Assembly (NCBI RefSeq): GCF_037042905.1
Contig: NC_087245.1
Coordinates: forward strand, 4,404,001-4,468,000
Source of the DNA: Lytechinus pictus
Taxonomy: Eukaryota
Length of the DNA stretch: 64,000 nt
Reading direction: 5' to 3'
The translations under genes and the position numbers were made by a program. Under the pieces are notes generated by a model. That model ran no database searches. It saw only the letters and a program-made list of their open reading frames with translations, and was not told where the DNA came from. Position 1 is the stretch's first letter. Every line of letters starts with the position of its first letter. Positions 15,301 through 30,300 of this stretch are shown here, piece after piece.

Positions 15301-18300
15301 CATGTAAATTACACTGTAACTGATATGACTAGAAAATAAGTCAGAAAATCTCTTTGGCTTGCCATAGACCAATCATTTGTATAGTCCTGCATAATGTTAT
15401 AAACAGCTGTATGAACATCATCCTAGTCTTTTTTTTTTTTTTTTTTTAGAAGCTGTTATATGTCTGCTACATGTATGTTGTTATCAACAAATCTATTTTG
15501 GTTTACACTCTTATCCCTCAGAGTAAGATGTAATTTATATGTATTAAATCATTTGGATGACATGTAGTTCCTCTTAAACATTTTTTTTTACCTGACAAAA
15601 TGTTTTGTAAATGGGCAATTCCATAAAATAATCAACCTTTTTGTACGTCCGGCCCCCATTTTTCTCAAGTTTTACTTCACTCCATAAACTGACCAAATCA
15701 TGGTCATTTGAGAGCATTACAGACTGTCAAAAAAACAAGAAATCAGAAACAGAGAATTTCATGAAAGTCCCACATATAGGGGGTCGGACGTACATATTTT
15801 ATGGAAATGCCCAAATGTGTAATGATGTTTATATTGTTGACTCAGGAATCCATCAAATCACCAGACAGGCGTTTGATCCGTGATAGTCGCACTAAGCCCC
15901 TGCAGCTTGCTAATGCTAAACGACTCTCAACCCATTGGTTTCTTCTCTTCAATGATATATTTGTTCATGCATATGTGAGTAAATCCGGAATTACACAAAG
16001 GCCTATCTTTAGGTGTTTTTTTTATGATAAACCTTATCATATTGTGATTTGAAGGATTCATTTTATTTGATTGCTTTGTGCTCTTAAGATAAATGAATGT
16101 CACTATGATCACAATAGAAATGATAATTTTGGTGAAGATTTAATAGGGCCCTCAGGGAGAACAGTGTACATCACTGATGAAGCTACCCTGTAAAAACAAG
16201 ACTTCATAATAATGATAATAATAATGATGCTGTACCTGTTGTTGGTGGTGGTGATAATGATGGTGATTATGAAATAATTTGACTAAACACTTAAAAGAGA
16301 AATGAGTCTAAATATGATATTGGATTTGGAATCTGGTAATCAATCATAATATATCATTATTCAACAGAAATCTCTTTGCATTTGCATTAGAATTTGTACT
16401 TTCTTATTAGTTGAGCTTAAGTTTGCTTTCAGTTTTTGTCTCGCCTGCGTAGCAGAGCGAGACATAGGTATCACTATTTCCGGTGTCGGCGTCGGCGTCA
16501 ACAATTGTGTTGTACACCCAATAACTTTCTATAGCTTCGAGGTGGGATCACCAAATTCATACCAGAGGTCCATCTCCTGAAGACACAGGTCAAGTTCGAT
16601 TATGAGTCGAATTTGAATAAGGTCAGAGGTCAAAGGTCAATGAACTTTCCATGACTCGCACTGTGCTGTGTTGTACACATAATAACTTTCTATATCTTCA
16701 AGGTGGGATCACCAAATTCATACCAGAGGTCCATCTTCTGAAGGCACAGGTCAAGTTCGAATATGAGTCGAATTTGAATAAGGTCAAAGGTCAATGAACT
16801 TTCCATGACTGGCACTGTGCTGTGTTGTACACATAATAACTTTCTATATCTTCAAGGTGGGATCACCAAATTCATACCAGAGGTCCATCTCCTGAAGGCA
16901 CAGGTCAAGTTTGAATATGAGTCGAATTTGAATAAGGTCAAAGGTCAATGAACTTTCCATGACTGGCACTGTGCTGTGCTGTACACACAATAACTTTCTA
17001 TATCTTCGAGTTAGGATTGCCAAATTCATACAAGAGGTCCATCTTTTGAAGGTGCAGGTCAAGTTCAAATGTGAGTTGAATTTGATTAAGGTCAAAGGTC
17101 AATGAACTTTCCATGACTGGCACTGTGCTGTGTTGTACACATAATAACTTTTTATATCTTCGAGGTAGGATTGCCAAATTCAAACAAGAGGTCCATCTCT
17201 TGAAGGTGCAGGTCAAGTTCGAATGTGAGTTGAATTTGATTAAGGTCAAAGGTCAATGAACTTTCCATGACTGGCACTGTGCTGTGTTGTACACACAATA
17301 ACTTTCTATAGCTTCGAGGTGGGATCGCCAAACTCGTAACAGAGGTCCATCTAAGTCATATAGCATACATGTAGTTTTGACATGCAGTCTCTTCATGACT
17401 GCAATATGCAGGCGAGACAACGCTTGGCGTTTGCCTTGTTTTTTTCTCTCTGTCTTTATGATGTATCAACTGTATATTAAAAAAGTTAAGTCTGTGGAGA
17501 ATGGATATTATTTATCATGGGGTAAATGCATTATTTGTTTGAAAGGAGTGCTGTTTTTACACCTGTAATGTCATGATTTTATAGAGACTCTATATTTAAC
17601 ATAATCATTATTTTAAAAAATAGAATAAATTTGTTTCTATTTTTGCTACTAATTTATTTGAATAATTTAACATCAAAGGAAGACACAAAAGTCGCTCTGC
17701 CTCCCATTCAAAAAGCACCTGAGCCACAAAAGGTAGACTCATTCTTAAGGCTTTTTGTTGTGTTGATGAGTATCAAGTCTTGAACTCGTTAAGCTTGTTA
17801 TGTTTTTTGTGTAATCTTGATTAGTTGTATTTATTGTGAATGGCTGCACTTGTAGCAATTAGAAAATTGTATTTGTATGCATGAAGTATTCTAAACTCGA
17901 AGCCAACAGATTGTATGATGAAAGCAGTTCAGTATCAGCCAGTTTAGTCAGCTTGATAAATATCATAATTTTGCATCACGTTTTCAGCCAGAGCCATGTA
18001 CATTTTTTCTTTTATTTACAAAATTGTAAATATTCTTGTTTGCTTTTTTGTTATTTAATTACATTAAGTTCTGGTAGTGTTTTTTGTGGAGAGTAGAATG
18101 TTTGAGTATCATTTCGCACATTAATGTCCATAAAGTACATGTTATGCACACAGCACTGCTTTTATATTGTGTTGAGAGCCAATTCACATTACATGCTCCT
18201 GAAGTGAATTGGTTTAAAAAATAAACAGGATACTTAAAGACTTTTTCCATAAAGTGTATGCTCAATGAACCTATAAATATCTCTTAATTGTCCCTTACAA

Positions 18301-21300
18301 CATTAAGTTGGGCTTTATGCATCAATTCTAAATCATCTAAATCATTCAAATTCTTTCCACAATTTTTAATGCTTTCAAGGGTTCTGGATTGGTAATACCT
18401 CAATTCACTTTTTATGCAATTTTGTATGCTTGTTGTAGGTATTGTTTTGATCAGGAATTTTAAGATGTATTCCTTGTAAGACATTAGTGAAAGAAAATTC
18501 CATCTGTAATGAAGACACGGAAGCTGCTTAAAAAATGTCTACCTGAGCCCTGTTGCATAAGAGTTACTATTATGGTAACTTTGCCATCCAATGGTAAATA
18601 CCATGGTTACAATGCTTGTAAGCCAATTATCAAAATCAAGTTCCATGAAAGTTACCATTGGAAGACAAAGTTACCATAATAATAACATTTATGCACTGTG
18701 GCTTTACTGGCTTAGATCCTTTAAAATTGATATTCATGGAGTAGCAGTATAATAATCTAATTTATATATCACTGATATCTTCTCAGATTATTAACTCTCC
18801 CCAAAGATTATTTGTTTAACTTGTTTTCATTTATTACTAGTGTTACATAATTCTGACTCCATAAGCAACATATTTTGATTCTTTGAATCATAAATATATA
18901 GTTTTAATTGCTGATTCAATTAAGATTTGATCAGAATCAACAATGAAAAGTATAGAGTGCCCCAAACAAAAGGAAGCTGTGGTCCATTGTAAAATATTGA
19001 GCATTAGATCTATGATGTACATTGCTAATTAAGTTTTATTGTATTGACTCTGGAAAGTCTGCATATAGTGGTATACACAGTGTAAGCATGAACTGCAGTA
19101 ATTGTCTGTCTCTGTATTAAAAGTGATCATATGTTTGCATGATATTGGTTTGAATTAATTTTACTATTATACTTTGTGTAAATTTTTTAATCTTTATTGT
19201 GAATTAAAGCAGACTTTTCTTGTAATAATGATTAATCCTTCTGCCCACAATTGATAATTTTATTTTATCCACAAATTTCTGAATTGAAATCTTGGTTTTA
19301 TTATTTATTGCCAACGGTATTGCCCTAATTCTAAAGATATTGAAAAGCATGGTAAACCAAGTAAGGGATGGTTTGGAAATATTGTAAAATAACTTAAGTA
19401 TTGTTTGGGACTGTTTCATTGTAGTTTTAGTTAAATTTGTTCAAGTTTTATTTGGTTCAGTTCAGGTACTGATTTGCAAGAGTAAAGAAACAAAGTTTCC
19501 ATACTGCAATTTTGATAATGAGAGGATATTATAAAGCTATTGAATTTTGTAAATATAAGATTTAATGTGTTCATTGTTTTGACGATATGCGAGGAATAAA
19601 TCAATTATTCATATATCTCTGGTCTTCCTTTTGTTTCAGTTTTCCAACCATCAGATATTCAGCTTGGCCCTGGTATGGGCTGAACCTATTCCTGATACAG
19701 ACCAAGTCATGTGAGTATTTAAAACTGTCTCTTTCTATCTATCTGTCTCTCTCTATCTCTATCTCTCTCAAAGACAAAATAAAGTATCGTGTAACTGTAT
19801 CTCTCTATCTGTGTATGTCTCTGTATCGCCCTTTCTAGATACTTCTTACTTGAATATTATGAAAAAATACTTATAATTACTCTCCTTTATATGTGGAATC
19901 TTGAAATTGGCTCATGTAGTTGAAGAATGTTATTGTTTGTTTGAATTTGATTGGAGTGGTATTATTAAGTTTCACACAAAACTAGCATATTTGGTGTGTA
20001 TCATACTACATAGTTCTGTATATATTTTACTGTAGCATATATCATGCCAGTAGAAAATGCAGCATTCATGGTGTCAATAGACTACCATAAATTTTTTGTT
20101 ACAATGCGGTTGAGATTAGCAAATGTAGAACTATACCAGAGGTTAGTCAGCCTGAATCATGTGCAATTATAAAAACATGAATGCATGAGATATTAGTAAA
20201 TCGGTGACAACATTCCTGAAGATTTTTGCTACTGTTTGTGCTGATTGGACCCTTTATGAAAGATCTCTGAAGGGGAGGGGGTCAAACCCCATAACTTCAT
20301 ATCCATAGTCTAAACAAAAGGGCTCATTTAAAATAGGTCTTTCCCTTTATAATAATATGTGTATATATTGTTACCATAGTTTTAGTATTTTTACATATCC
20401 TTCATATTTTTTAATACCCAGTAATGCCATACAACTGCATATGCCTGAAGAGACATTAGTATTACAAGCGCCCTCTCCTGTTGAGAAAGCTGAATGGTTG
20501 TGGTCCATCAATCAAGCCATTGATGCTATTCTTACAGCCAGTCAGAAGAGTCCTAGCCCTGATATCACACACAAAGATGGAGCCTTTCAGAAAGTAAGAT
20601 ATCACAGCATGAAACTCTCAGGTGTATATATACATAGAGCTCTTTTGAGGAAGAATTGTCTCTTGTAGGACCTTTCTTAAAGGGATGGTCCGGGCTTAAA
20701 ATATCTTAATACATAGAGTAGAATTCACTGAGCAAAATGCCGAAAATTTCTTCAAAATCGGATAACAAATAATATAGTTATTGAAGTTTAAATTTTAGCA
20801 ATATTTTGTGAAAACAGTCATCATGAATATTTATTAGGTGGGCTGATGATGTCACATCCCCACTTTCCGTTTTCTTATGTTACATAAAATCTTATTTTTT
20901 AAATTATTTCATACTTGTGTGAATAATATTTCTCTCTTATAATGAAATTAGTTGCAGCAATAAATATCTAAGGCACTAAATCAGTTGTCAATCCAATTTT
21001 TCTAGTTCTTGGAGGAAAAAATTTGAATAAACCTAATTTCATATAATAAAATACAAAAGAACAAGTGGGGATGTGACATCATCAGCCCAGCTAATGAATA
21101 TTCATGACAACTGTTTTCAGAAAATATTGCTAAACTTTAAAATTCAATAACTTTGTTATCCGATTTTAATGAAATTTTCGGCATTTTGCTCAGTGAATTC
21201 TACTCTATTTATATAGCTATAAATACTTTCAGCCCGGACCATCCCTTTTATGGCTAAATTTCTATCATGATTGCATAGATTGTTCTCTCAAAAGATGATT

Positions 21301-24300
21301 GTTAAGAGTGCTTTTCTTAAGTCGCATCGCATGAAATTGTACTATTTATGTAAAGGCCATGGTAATATGACTCGATCATAATCATGGTTTCCATGAAAGG
21401 TGTCATATTGACAAGTTACCATATGCAACATGATCCAGAATAACAACCTCACTGTAACAGCCACCTTGATATGAATTTCCTTTTGTGAAAACAGTTTGTT
21501 AACTTGATAATAATAATAATAATAATAGCAAATTTTTATAAAGAATTTTTCCCAGAATGGCTCGAAGCACATTACAGCATATTATTACCCCGATCATTGG
21601 ATTCATTCAATCCCGCACGAAAAGTGCACAATTTCCACTCCCTGGGGAGCATTCCTTGCATTCATCGCTGCCTCATTATGGCGCTGGCAAAATCAAACAT
21701 ATCTTTCGCATCCTACCGGGTACCCATTTAGCACCTGGGTCGAGAGTGGCAAAGTGTGGATAAACGCCTTGCCAAAGGACGCTAGACCGCGGTGGGATTC
21801 GAACACACGACCCTCTGTTTAGAAGGCGAGAGTCAGAACCACTACCCCACGGCTCTTCCATGATATCTTATATCGCATTGCTACCTTTATACAATGGTTA
21901 CTTTGCTATGTTTCTGTGGATCTAGATAGAATCGCACCCCTTTATCAGAATATTTGCATAGGCTATTACAAACACAATTTTTTGCAAAGTACCTCGTGTG
22001 ATTTTATTGAAGCAATCTTTACGTTAAATGTATTCAGGTACCACCGAAGCGAACAAGACAAGGTCGACATGCGTTTAGCTCAGCAGGAGTGCATAAAGAT
22101 GCTGTTTATGAAGGCACTTGGCTGAATGGAAAATGCAATGGAAAGTAAGTTCAAGTTCCTAGATTGATATAAATTGATTGTTAGCTGTACAATTTTGTAA
22201 TAACTTCCAACATGTAGTTATGATTTGTGTACGTTGTGGGAAACATGCAATGGACACAATTTGCCCCCTCATAATTTCATATATATTTAATATCAGATAA
22301 AGCTACTTCTCATTCACCTCAATCACTTAAGTAAAATACTTAATCATCAAACCTCATCATGAAGTCTGAGCCAATCCAGTCCTATGTATCTTCACTCCAT
22401 ATCTTTAAACGTGGAAATTCTAAGATATGAGTATTTGTAATATTAGGGGAAAAGTGAAGAAAATGAATAATCTACGAAAACCAAGAAGAAATGGGAAAGA
22501 TAAAAGCATTTTTAAAAAAAATATATATTTGCTCTTATTCATGTTTTCTTCCAGGGGAACACTACGATGGCCAGATGGAAGGAAGTACACAGGTAGCTTT
22601 GTACAGGGTGTACAACATGGGTAAGTAGATATTATTAATGCCTCTTGAAAACAGGAACAAAATCATTTTAAATTATCTTTTTATTTAAGGAAGACAATGG
22701 AAGTTTTTTGTTTTTTTTTATAATTTTGGTTGGTTAAGTGACAGGGCAGGATGGGGGTGAGGGGGGTCTCAATTTTGATGAGAATCGATATTAATATTAC
22801 AGGGTTTTTCAGCCTTCTTGACATTGACAATATCAGTTTCTCAATGGATGAATTATGAATTATGGTCACAAATCTACAACATGCATCATTCCAGCATTGC
22901 ATTAATTACTAAATTAGTTAATGCAGAATAAAAGAAATCGAATAGGGTAATATATAAGAATAATCACCCCTTGACTTCATTTAACGAACTACTCAAACCA
23001 TGATAATTTGAGACATTACCCCCTGTCATTTCAGGAAGGTCTTACATATAGGAATCAGTTGTACATTCCTATGGAATTGCCCAAAACAAACACTGTAGAA
23101 AATGGTTCCCTGTTGAGATCTTGTTCTATTTATCAATGCAGGTATGGGTTTTATATTCAGACCTTGTGTGAAACACTGTATTGTGACTACTAAACTAAAA
23201 ATGGGTATTGTTTAGTGGAGTATGTGAGAGATGCTAATAATATAATTGTTTTTAATTTGTCTTACTCTTCCAGTCATGGAGTACTTACAGTGCCTGGACC
23301 TGATCCCAGCAAACAAGAAATCTTTGAAGGGCAGTGGCTTGAAGGAAAGATGCATGGAGTAGGCATTCTAAGGTATAGTCTTTTAACAACATAGTGAAGA
23401 TCCTTTATCTTTTGTACAAGTTGCTGTATAAGATCTAACATAATGTAAAGACTAACTGAAGCATTAGCAACATTTTGCAAGACATTTATCTGCTGCTGGG
23501 CTGCAGCAGAGATAATAATATACAAGTCCTTTTAAAGGGCATAGAAACATTGTATCATAATGTGACTGTTATTGTTATTAGGTTTGCCACTTTCAACTTT
23601 GTGTTTTGATAGTCAAGATGCAAGTGCCACTGTAGTTTGCTCCTCATTAGGGATGCCATGCTTCCATTCCCTTCTATTACTCCCATTCCTCACCCCCTTT
23701 CATTTCTACCCTTTCCCTCTTGTCATTGGAATGCTTCCCGGGGTGGAGAAAGCTCACATTTTGTGTATGTTAGGGTAATGCAGATGACCATTTAGTGAAT
23801 TTATCTAGTGTAAAAGACAACAGCGATATTTGTACCAGAAGTGTACTTGTGAGTTTGAGAATTTAATTTTCAAATGATATGAAGTGAAATTGAGATGTTG
23901 TTAACAAATTCTCTATGGTATTATATCAATCCATATATTATATAAATAACATTAAGAAAAAAATCCTCTTATTTAGCATAACTTTACAGATTGATATTCA
24001 GACATATGACACATTGTGTTGGTAGTGTCGTTAAACCTCAATCAAGTAATCAATCAACTACATGTATAACAAGACATTATTTACTTTATATTTAAAAAAA
24101 TTACTTATCAATGGCATTTTTTAATCACTTTTGATTGAAGGTATCAGAATGGAGATGTGTATGAGGGTGAATTCCAAGATGGCGTCAAGCATGGTCATGG
24201 AACTCTTCAAATTGGCAATGCAGCCGTTCATGACATCTACATAGGTAACTGGCGTAATGGGAAACAGCATGGCTATGGAGTGATTGATGACAATTCAAGA

Positions 24301-27300
24301 GGGGAAAAATACATGGGCCTGTGGCAGGATGATCGTCGTCATGGTAACGGACTGGTCATAACGCTAAGTGGATTATACTATGAGGCAGTCTTTGCTCATA
24401 ACAAAGTCAATGTGAGTTTGAGATTTTTTTTTGCCTATTCCTTAGTTCTGTTTTTCAGAAACAAATAAGATATATGGTTTTCTGTTGTAACTCCCACAAC
24501 AGGAAAGCATGTAAGGATTTATAGTGCACTATTTTGTTTAGAAGATAGTATTTCAAAACAAAATTCCATTTGGTTCAAGTGCTGAATATCAGATAAGTTT
24601 GTACAAAAGAATAACATGTGTTTCAGCTAGATATTAACATGAGCACCACTGTAATATACCAATGTTTGATCTTCGATATGGAGACGGCATCATGTTTCAA
24701 TGTGCCATTCTATCATTATTTAACAGGGTTCTGGTGTACTAGTCACTGAAGATGGTACATGTTATGAAGGTGAGCTTGCTACAGGACCAACCCTCAATGG
24801 AAAGGTAATACTTACTCATATTTTCCTACTTGATAGATCACCAAAAAATTGTAATGAATTGCCTAAATATCATAATGCAAGAACTCAAAGTCCATTGCCT
24901 CATTTTGTTAATGAAATTATTTTACAAATGAAGATTTCACTTTTTTATATGGAATTTTCATGTAGAGTACAATAAAGTATAGTCACATTGTGTAATGTAT
25001 AAAACATTATGCTCTATATTAAGAAATGTAAAGTTTACCCTTACTTTGATAACAAATTCATAATTACTTTGTTTAAATTTGACTTGCATTTTAGAGGTAT
25101 AGGAATAAGCAGTTAATTTTAATTTCTGTTTGATATTTTAGGGTATCTTAACTCTTCCAAATGGAGATGTATTGGAAGGTACATTCAATGGTATCTGGGG
25201 AGATGGAGTGAAAATAAATGGTACCTTCAGCAAAGGCATGCTGGATCAACAAGTTAAAAGACCATGGTAAGTGTCTGTGCACATTACCAGTCATTACTGT
25301 GAGGGACTATTCCACAGTACAGATGTTGAGATTGAGAAAGGATTTTTGTCTAAAATACAAGTGTTTAGAAAATGGATGTGAATTAGCCTGGTTCAAATTT
25401 TTTTCCATGTTATCTTGATAACAGTGTATTTCTGCGATGTTAACCATTTATATTTTCTACTTGCATAAAATCATCTACCTTAGCACTTTGAATAATTGTA
25501 AATGAGATTTTACCTGATTCCTTAAGAAATGTGAACAAATTAATATATGTAAATGAGTTTGAGTAAGAACTTTAGTCTATCTAACATCTAACACCTAATG
25601 CAGGAATGATTATGATTATGATTGAATGAGCACTTTTGTGTAAATATATAACATTATTATCAATTAAAGATATGAGAATTTCATTTTACAGTGCTAAAGT
25701 ACATTATAAAAGATCTACCTAATGAACTATCATTGTCTTTCCATATTAATCAGTGCTATAGGGAAGCATACTGTACCCCCTGATCAGAAATGGGAAGATA
25801 TCTTTGGTCAGTGCAGGACACAGCTAGGGTTTGTAGACTCTACCCCTCCTGACTCTCATAAGGCTTGGGAAGCAGTCGCTGTAGCTCTCTCTAGTGGACA
25901 TAGACAGCAAGATACTAAGGAATGGTAAGTAAATATCATTCATCTATTCATCTATTATGTAATCATTTTACAATTTGAGTACAATTTTGCTGACTTCAAA
26001 ACTTTTCAATCTCTTGCCTGATGTCTTTGGAACGATCTCCCTCCAACTCTAGAAAACATTATCTTACTTGACCTATTCAGATAGCTTCTGATCACACAAT
26101 TATATGATTATAAATCTTAACTTGCTTCAAACAGTGCTTTGTTTCCTCTGTGGAAAGGTGCTTGATAAATCCAATTATTATATTATCATTATCATTACAA
26201 ATATATAATGATAATATCATAATTTCTGGTCTTGTATGAAAATATGTTGGTAACTGCTTCACAAGGTGTTGATAAGAATTTGTCGGTTTTGTGCTATTGT
26301 ACAGGAAATTTACGATTTATCAAGTTAATTATCTTCTATATGGAGGCTATTTTACTTCTTCTGTTCATTCCAAATTATCTTTTGTATTGAACTCAATGGA
26401 CATTTACAGAGTGATATTTTTCAACTAATCAGGGCTATTTAAAAAAAAGAAAAAAACTGTGGGCTTGAATGCCCTGAACACCATGTATTTCTTTGCTGCT
26501 TTTTCATATATAGGCAGTTTAACAAATCCCTCCAGGGGACAGGTCTAGTGATTTTTTTTAATATGCTGAAGAAAAAAAACTTAACTCAAAAGATATTGAG
26601 GGGACTTGAAAATGCTGCAGTGTTTTTTGCCAGGTGTATTTTTATTGAGATCCATGTATCTACATTTTCTATTTTTGTGATTAGTTTGGACAGGAGGATA
26701 TCACTAGATGGTCTGGAGAGGATACCAACCCATAATAGAGGAAAGATTACACAAGATGATTATACATCCATTCAAGACTACCTAGACAAGGTATAAACCT
26801 AAAATTATCGAAGAAATATCTGTTTTATAAAAACAATTGTTCAGGATAAATAGCCTGTGAGGATACACATATTTTTATTTATTTTTTAACTTGTTGTGGA
26901 GACTTGAAAGTTCAGTTGGTAAAACGGGGGTTTGGATTCCGGTGACCGGAGTTCGATTTCCACTTGATGCGGTAGTGCCCTTTGGTAAGAAATTTAAATC
27001 CTCATTACCAGGTCCCTCAGAGAAGACTTTAAGCCGTCAGTCCTCTGGTTGCTTTCTTACAAGCATTTATGCTTTTTTAGCGATCAAGTAAAAAATCATC
27101 ACCAATACTAATTTATCCATTGATCACTAATTTCTTAATTTTCATAAAAATAACACATGGACAGCATAACTTCACCACAGACAACTGGTTGATATAGAGA
27201 TAATGTATAACGCAGGCCTGGTATTATGCGATGTAAAAGATATTAACACACACACATACACTGCCCCTTATTTTGTTTTGCTCTGTAGGAAGTGGTTCAT

Positions 27301-30300
27301 ACTTAAGTTATTGAAATATAATCTTCCTTAAATAATGATTTTACTGGCAGGGTGAGGAATTCATATACTCAGATGAATGAACAATTGTGGATGCCACGAT
27401 TGTTTCCCTCTGAAACGTGGCTGAGCCTTAATTATTTCCTTTCAGATTGAAATCTTGGACCTAGGGCATCACTTGAAGGTTTACCTTGTCATTAAAATCA
27501 TTCAAAAAGTGATTTTTCCTATTCTTATTTTATCTACAAGGTAAATCATGACCTCCATTCTTTTCCACTTTATAAGAAATAATTTGATAATGCCTAACCA
27601 AGTTTGACATGAAATTCTCTATTCCTTGCTGGATTGCATATAACTTATATGCCTTTGATGCAGTCTGGTAAACAAATGAGAATAATTAAGTGATTTATGT
27701 TTTCTTTACATGACAGGCCTTTGACCATCCTCTGCATCCATTGGGTAGATTAGTTGATAATCTAGTCAATGTCTACCGTGCAACCTATATAGGTGTAGGT
27801 GCTCATCATTGGTTACTCCCTTACGCTGTCACTGAGATTCATTCCTACGTCAAGAGACTCTACAATCTCTTAAGGTCAGTTCAAATAGTATCACGGTGGG
27901 GGGGGGGTGGTTGGAGGAGTTCACAAAACATAAAATTATCTGTTGTCTTACGAGTCATGCTTATATGATGAAGTGCACATGATATATAATATATGATATT
28001 ATACTGTATGATATATAATGCGCAATTTTATTAATACACAGTGTGTGTCTTTGGAGCATGATTTGACCAGTGGGGTGATGTCTTCTTTACCGCACACAAC
28101 TGGGAATTCTGCACCTATATGTGAAACTTCCACCAGAATGTAGAGTCGCATTCAGAGCACCATTTAATTTAACTTGTAATCAATGACGAATTCAAGAATT
28201 CAATAGAATTTTAGTTTGACTGATCAAATTGCACAATTTAATAAGCTGAAGACAGGAGCTTGTATCACCTTATAATAATAGATATAGGCATTTATATAGA
28301 GTCATCTATCTAGAAATATTCTATTCCGAGGCGCGTTGTTATTATAATTATTACCCCGGCTTTAGCTCGAGCTGTCTTTCAGCGCTCATGCATTCAAGGA
28401 ATTAATCCTGCCGGGTACCCATTCACCTCACCTGGGTTGAGTGTAGCACAATGTGGATAAATTTCTTGCTGAAGGAAATTACGCCATGGCTGGGATTCAA
28501 ACCCACGACCCTCTGTTTCAAAGTCAGAAGACTAATCCACTGGGCCACAACGCTCCTTGCAATCGATAACGTGTTTGGTGACACAGGCCCTGTTGGAAAT
28601 GTACTGAATGAATTACTAGTCAGAATTAAACAGTGTAAATACCACTTGTTCATAAACACGATGGTAATTTTTTTAATCAATCTGTACATATACAGCACTT
28701 GTTTAAAGAAAAAAAAACATAACCCCCATAAGTTTATAGAAAACCATTTAGAATATAGTCAAAAGCTCCTCAGAATGAGACAATTCTTAATGGAATTTGA
28801 AAAAGAGCAACAGATGTGGCTTTTCTAAAGTTTGGTGTTGATTTATTCTATTTCTTGAGAATGGTGCTTCTGAAAGACTCTTAAAAACTCTTTGAATTTA
28901 TAAACACTCTAGTTAATTGTTTGCTTGCTTTGTTACAGAGTTTTGTTTCCTGACTTACCAAGCGAAGAGCCAAGAGTGAAGACCCCTGTAATGGAACAGA
29001 CACCTTCCTTTCATTATTATTATGACTATGGTGATACACAGTCAACACAATCACAGAATATATACCATAGTAATTCCAAGGAGAAAGACAAAGATGACAT
29101 GTAAGTTAGTAGATGGGACTGAGTATGTAAATGGGCTGTGAGATATCCAGAGATGTAGTCAAGGTCGGCCCTGAGACCACATATCGCTGGCCTTGGGCCA
29201 AGTCACATGTGCAAAGTCTATGGAAGGTTTTCTCCAGCGGCCTTTTGACTCAGAATTGCCGGCCTTGACTACATCATAATGATTCCATCATATTGTGATA
29301 TTGAGTTTAGTAGTATTATATAAGATATAAAATATCAATACATTCAGGCAATGGAACTGTCTTCTGTTTTTGATAAACCGTTGGAGAATGGTCATAAAAT
29401 CTAAATATTATTCTCAATTCCCTACATACATTAATGAATCACAGCACACATCTGAAATTATGTGGCAAAACTGGGTACACTGGGAGTTCCTAAGAGCGTT
29501 TAGGAGATTTAGTACTTGTTATATGTGGAATTATTCAATAATCACAGTAGTATTTAGCTTATATCTTTGATCATTTTGATATATTTCATCTTCAAACTTT
29601 AACAAACAAAATATAATTGTTTGATAAATTTCAGATCACACCAGATAACAAGCGAGGGCCTCCTTCATCCAACCCTGTTACCACGACTGTACCCTGTTAT
29701 CTTCACTCTGTATGCTCTTCGTAATGAGAAGGAAGATGAGAATTACCGATACAGACTGACTAGACTAAACAAACAATCTGATCTTGGTCTTATGGCTTAT
29801 CTTGGTGTAGATCAGTAAGTGTTATAACATCTATTTAATGTTTCTTTAATCATCTATTATTATTTTCTTATATTTCTTAAACTATTTGTATAAAAATACC
29901 ACTATCTAATTTCATGTTGTAGAAAACTGTTAACTAATAGCATTGAAATTTTTTACACAAAGAGTAAAAACAAGATATCCAAACAAGATCTTGGAGGATT
30001 TTTTTTTTTTTACATTTTGATTAGCTCTGAAAACTAATCCACTCTCCATCAAAATTTGAGGATCTATAAAGCAGGGAAAATTCTTGTTCATCTCCTTTAC
30101 TGCATGGATGCATTTTTCAGTGGCTCTCTCGATTCCCCATTGTTTTATCTATATATACTACAAACATTAGAAAATACGCTGAGTAGGATTCAAGCCAAGA
30201 CTAGTGGTTAAAATTAAATGGTGCCTCTTTCATTTTACAGTGTTTCATTCATGTAGACAAAACAATTGTCATTTCAAAGCTTTATCTGCATTTTCTGACA

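Noticed and set aside
16507..17352. Tandem array as a CRISPR-like repeat-spacer locus, or as coding ORFs (16844-17249, -)
   Set aside because: Whole units repeat with no unique spacers and no cas genes; the ORFs are translations of the repeat
28423..28828. Overlapping 91-125 aa ORFs (likewise 21504-21861 and 52063-52411)
   Set aside because: Translations of SINE sequence
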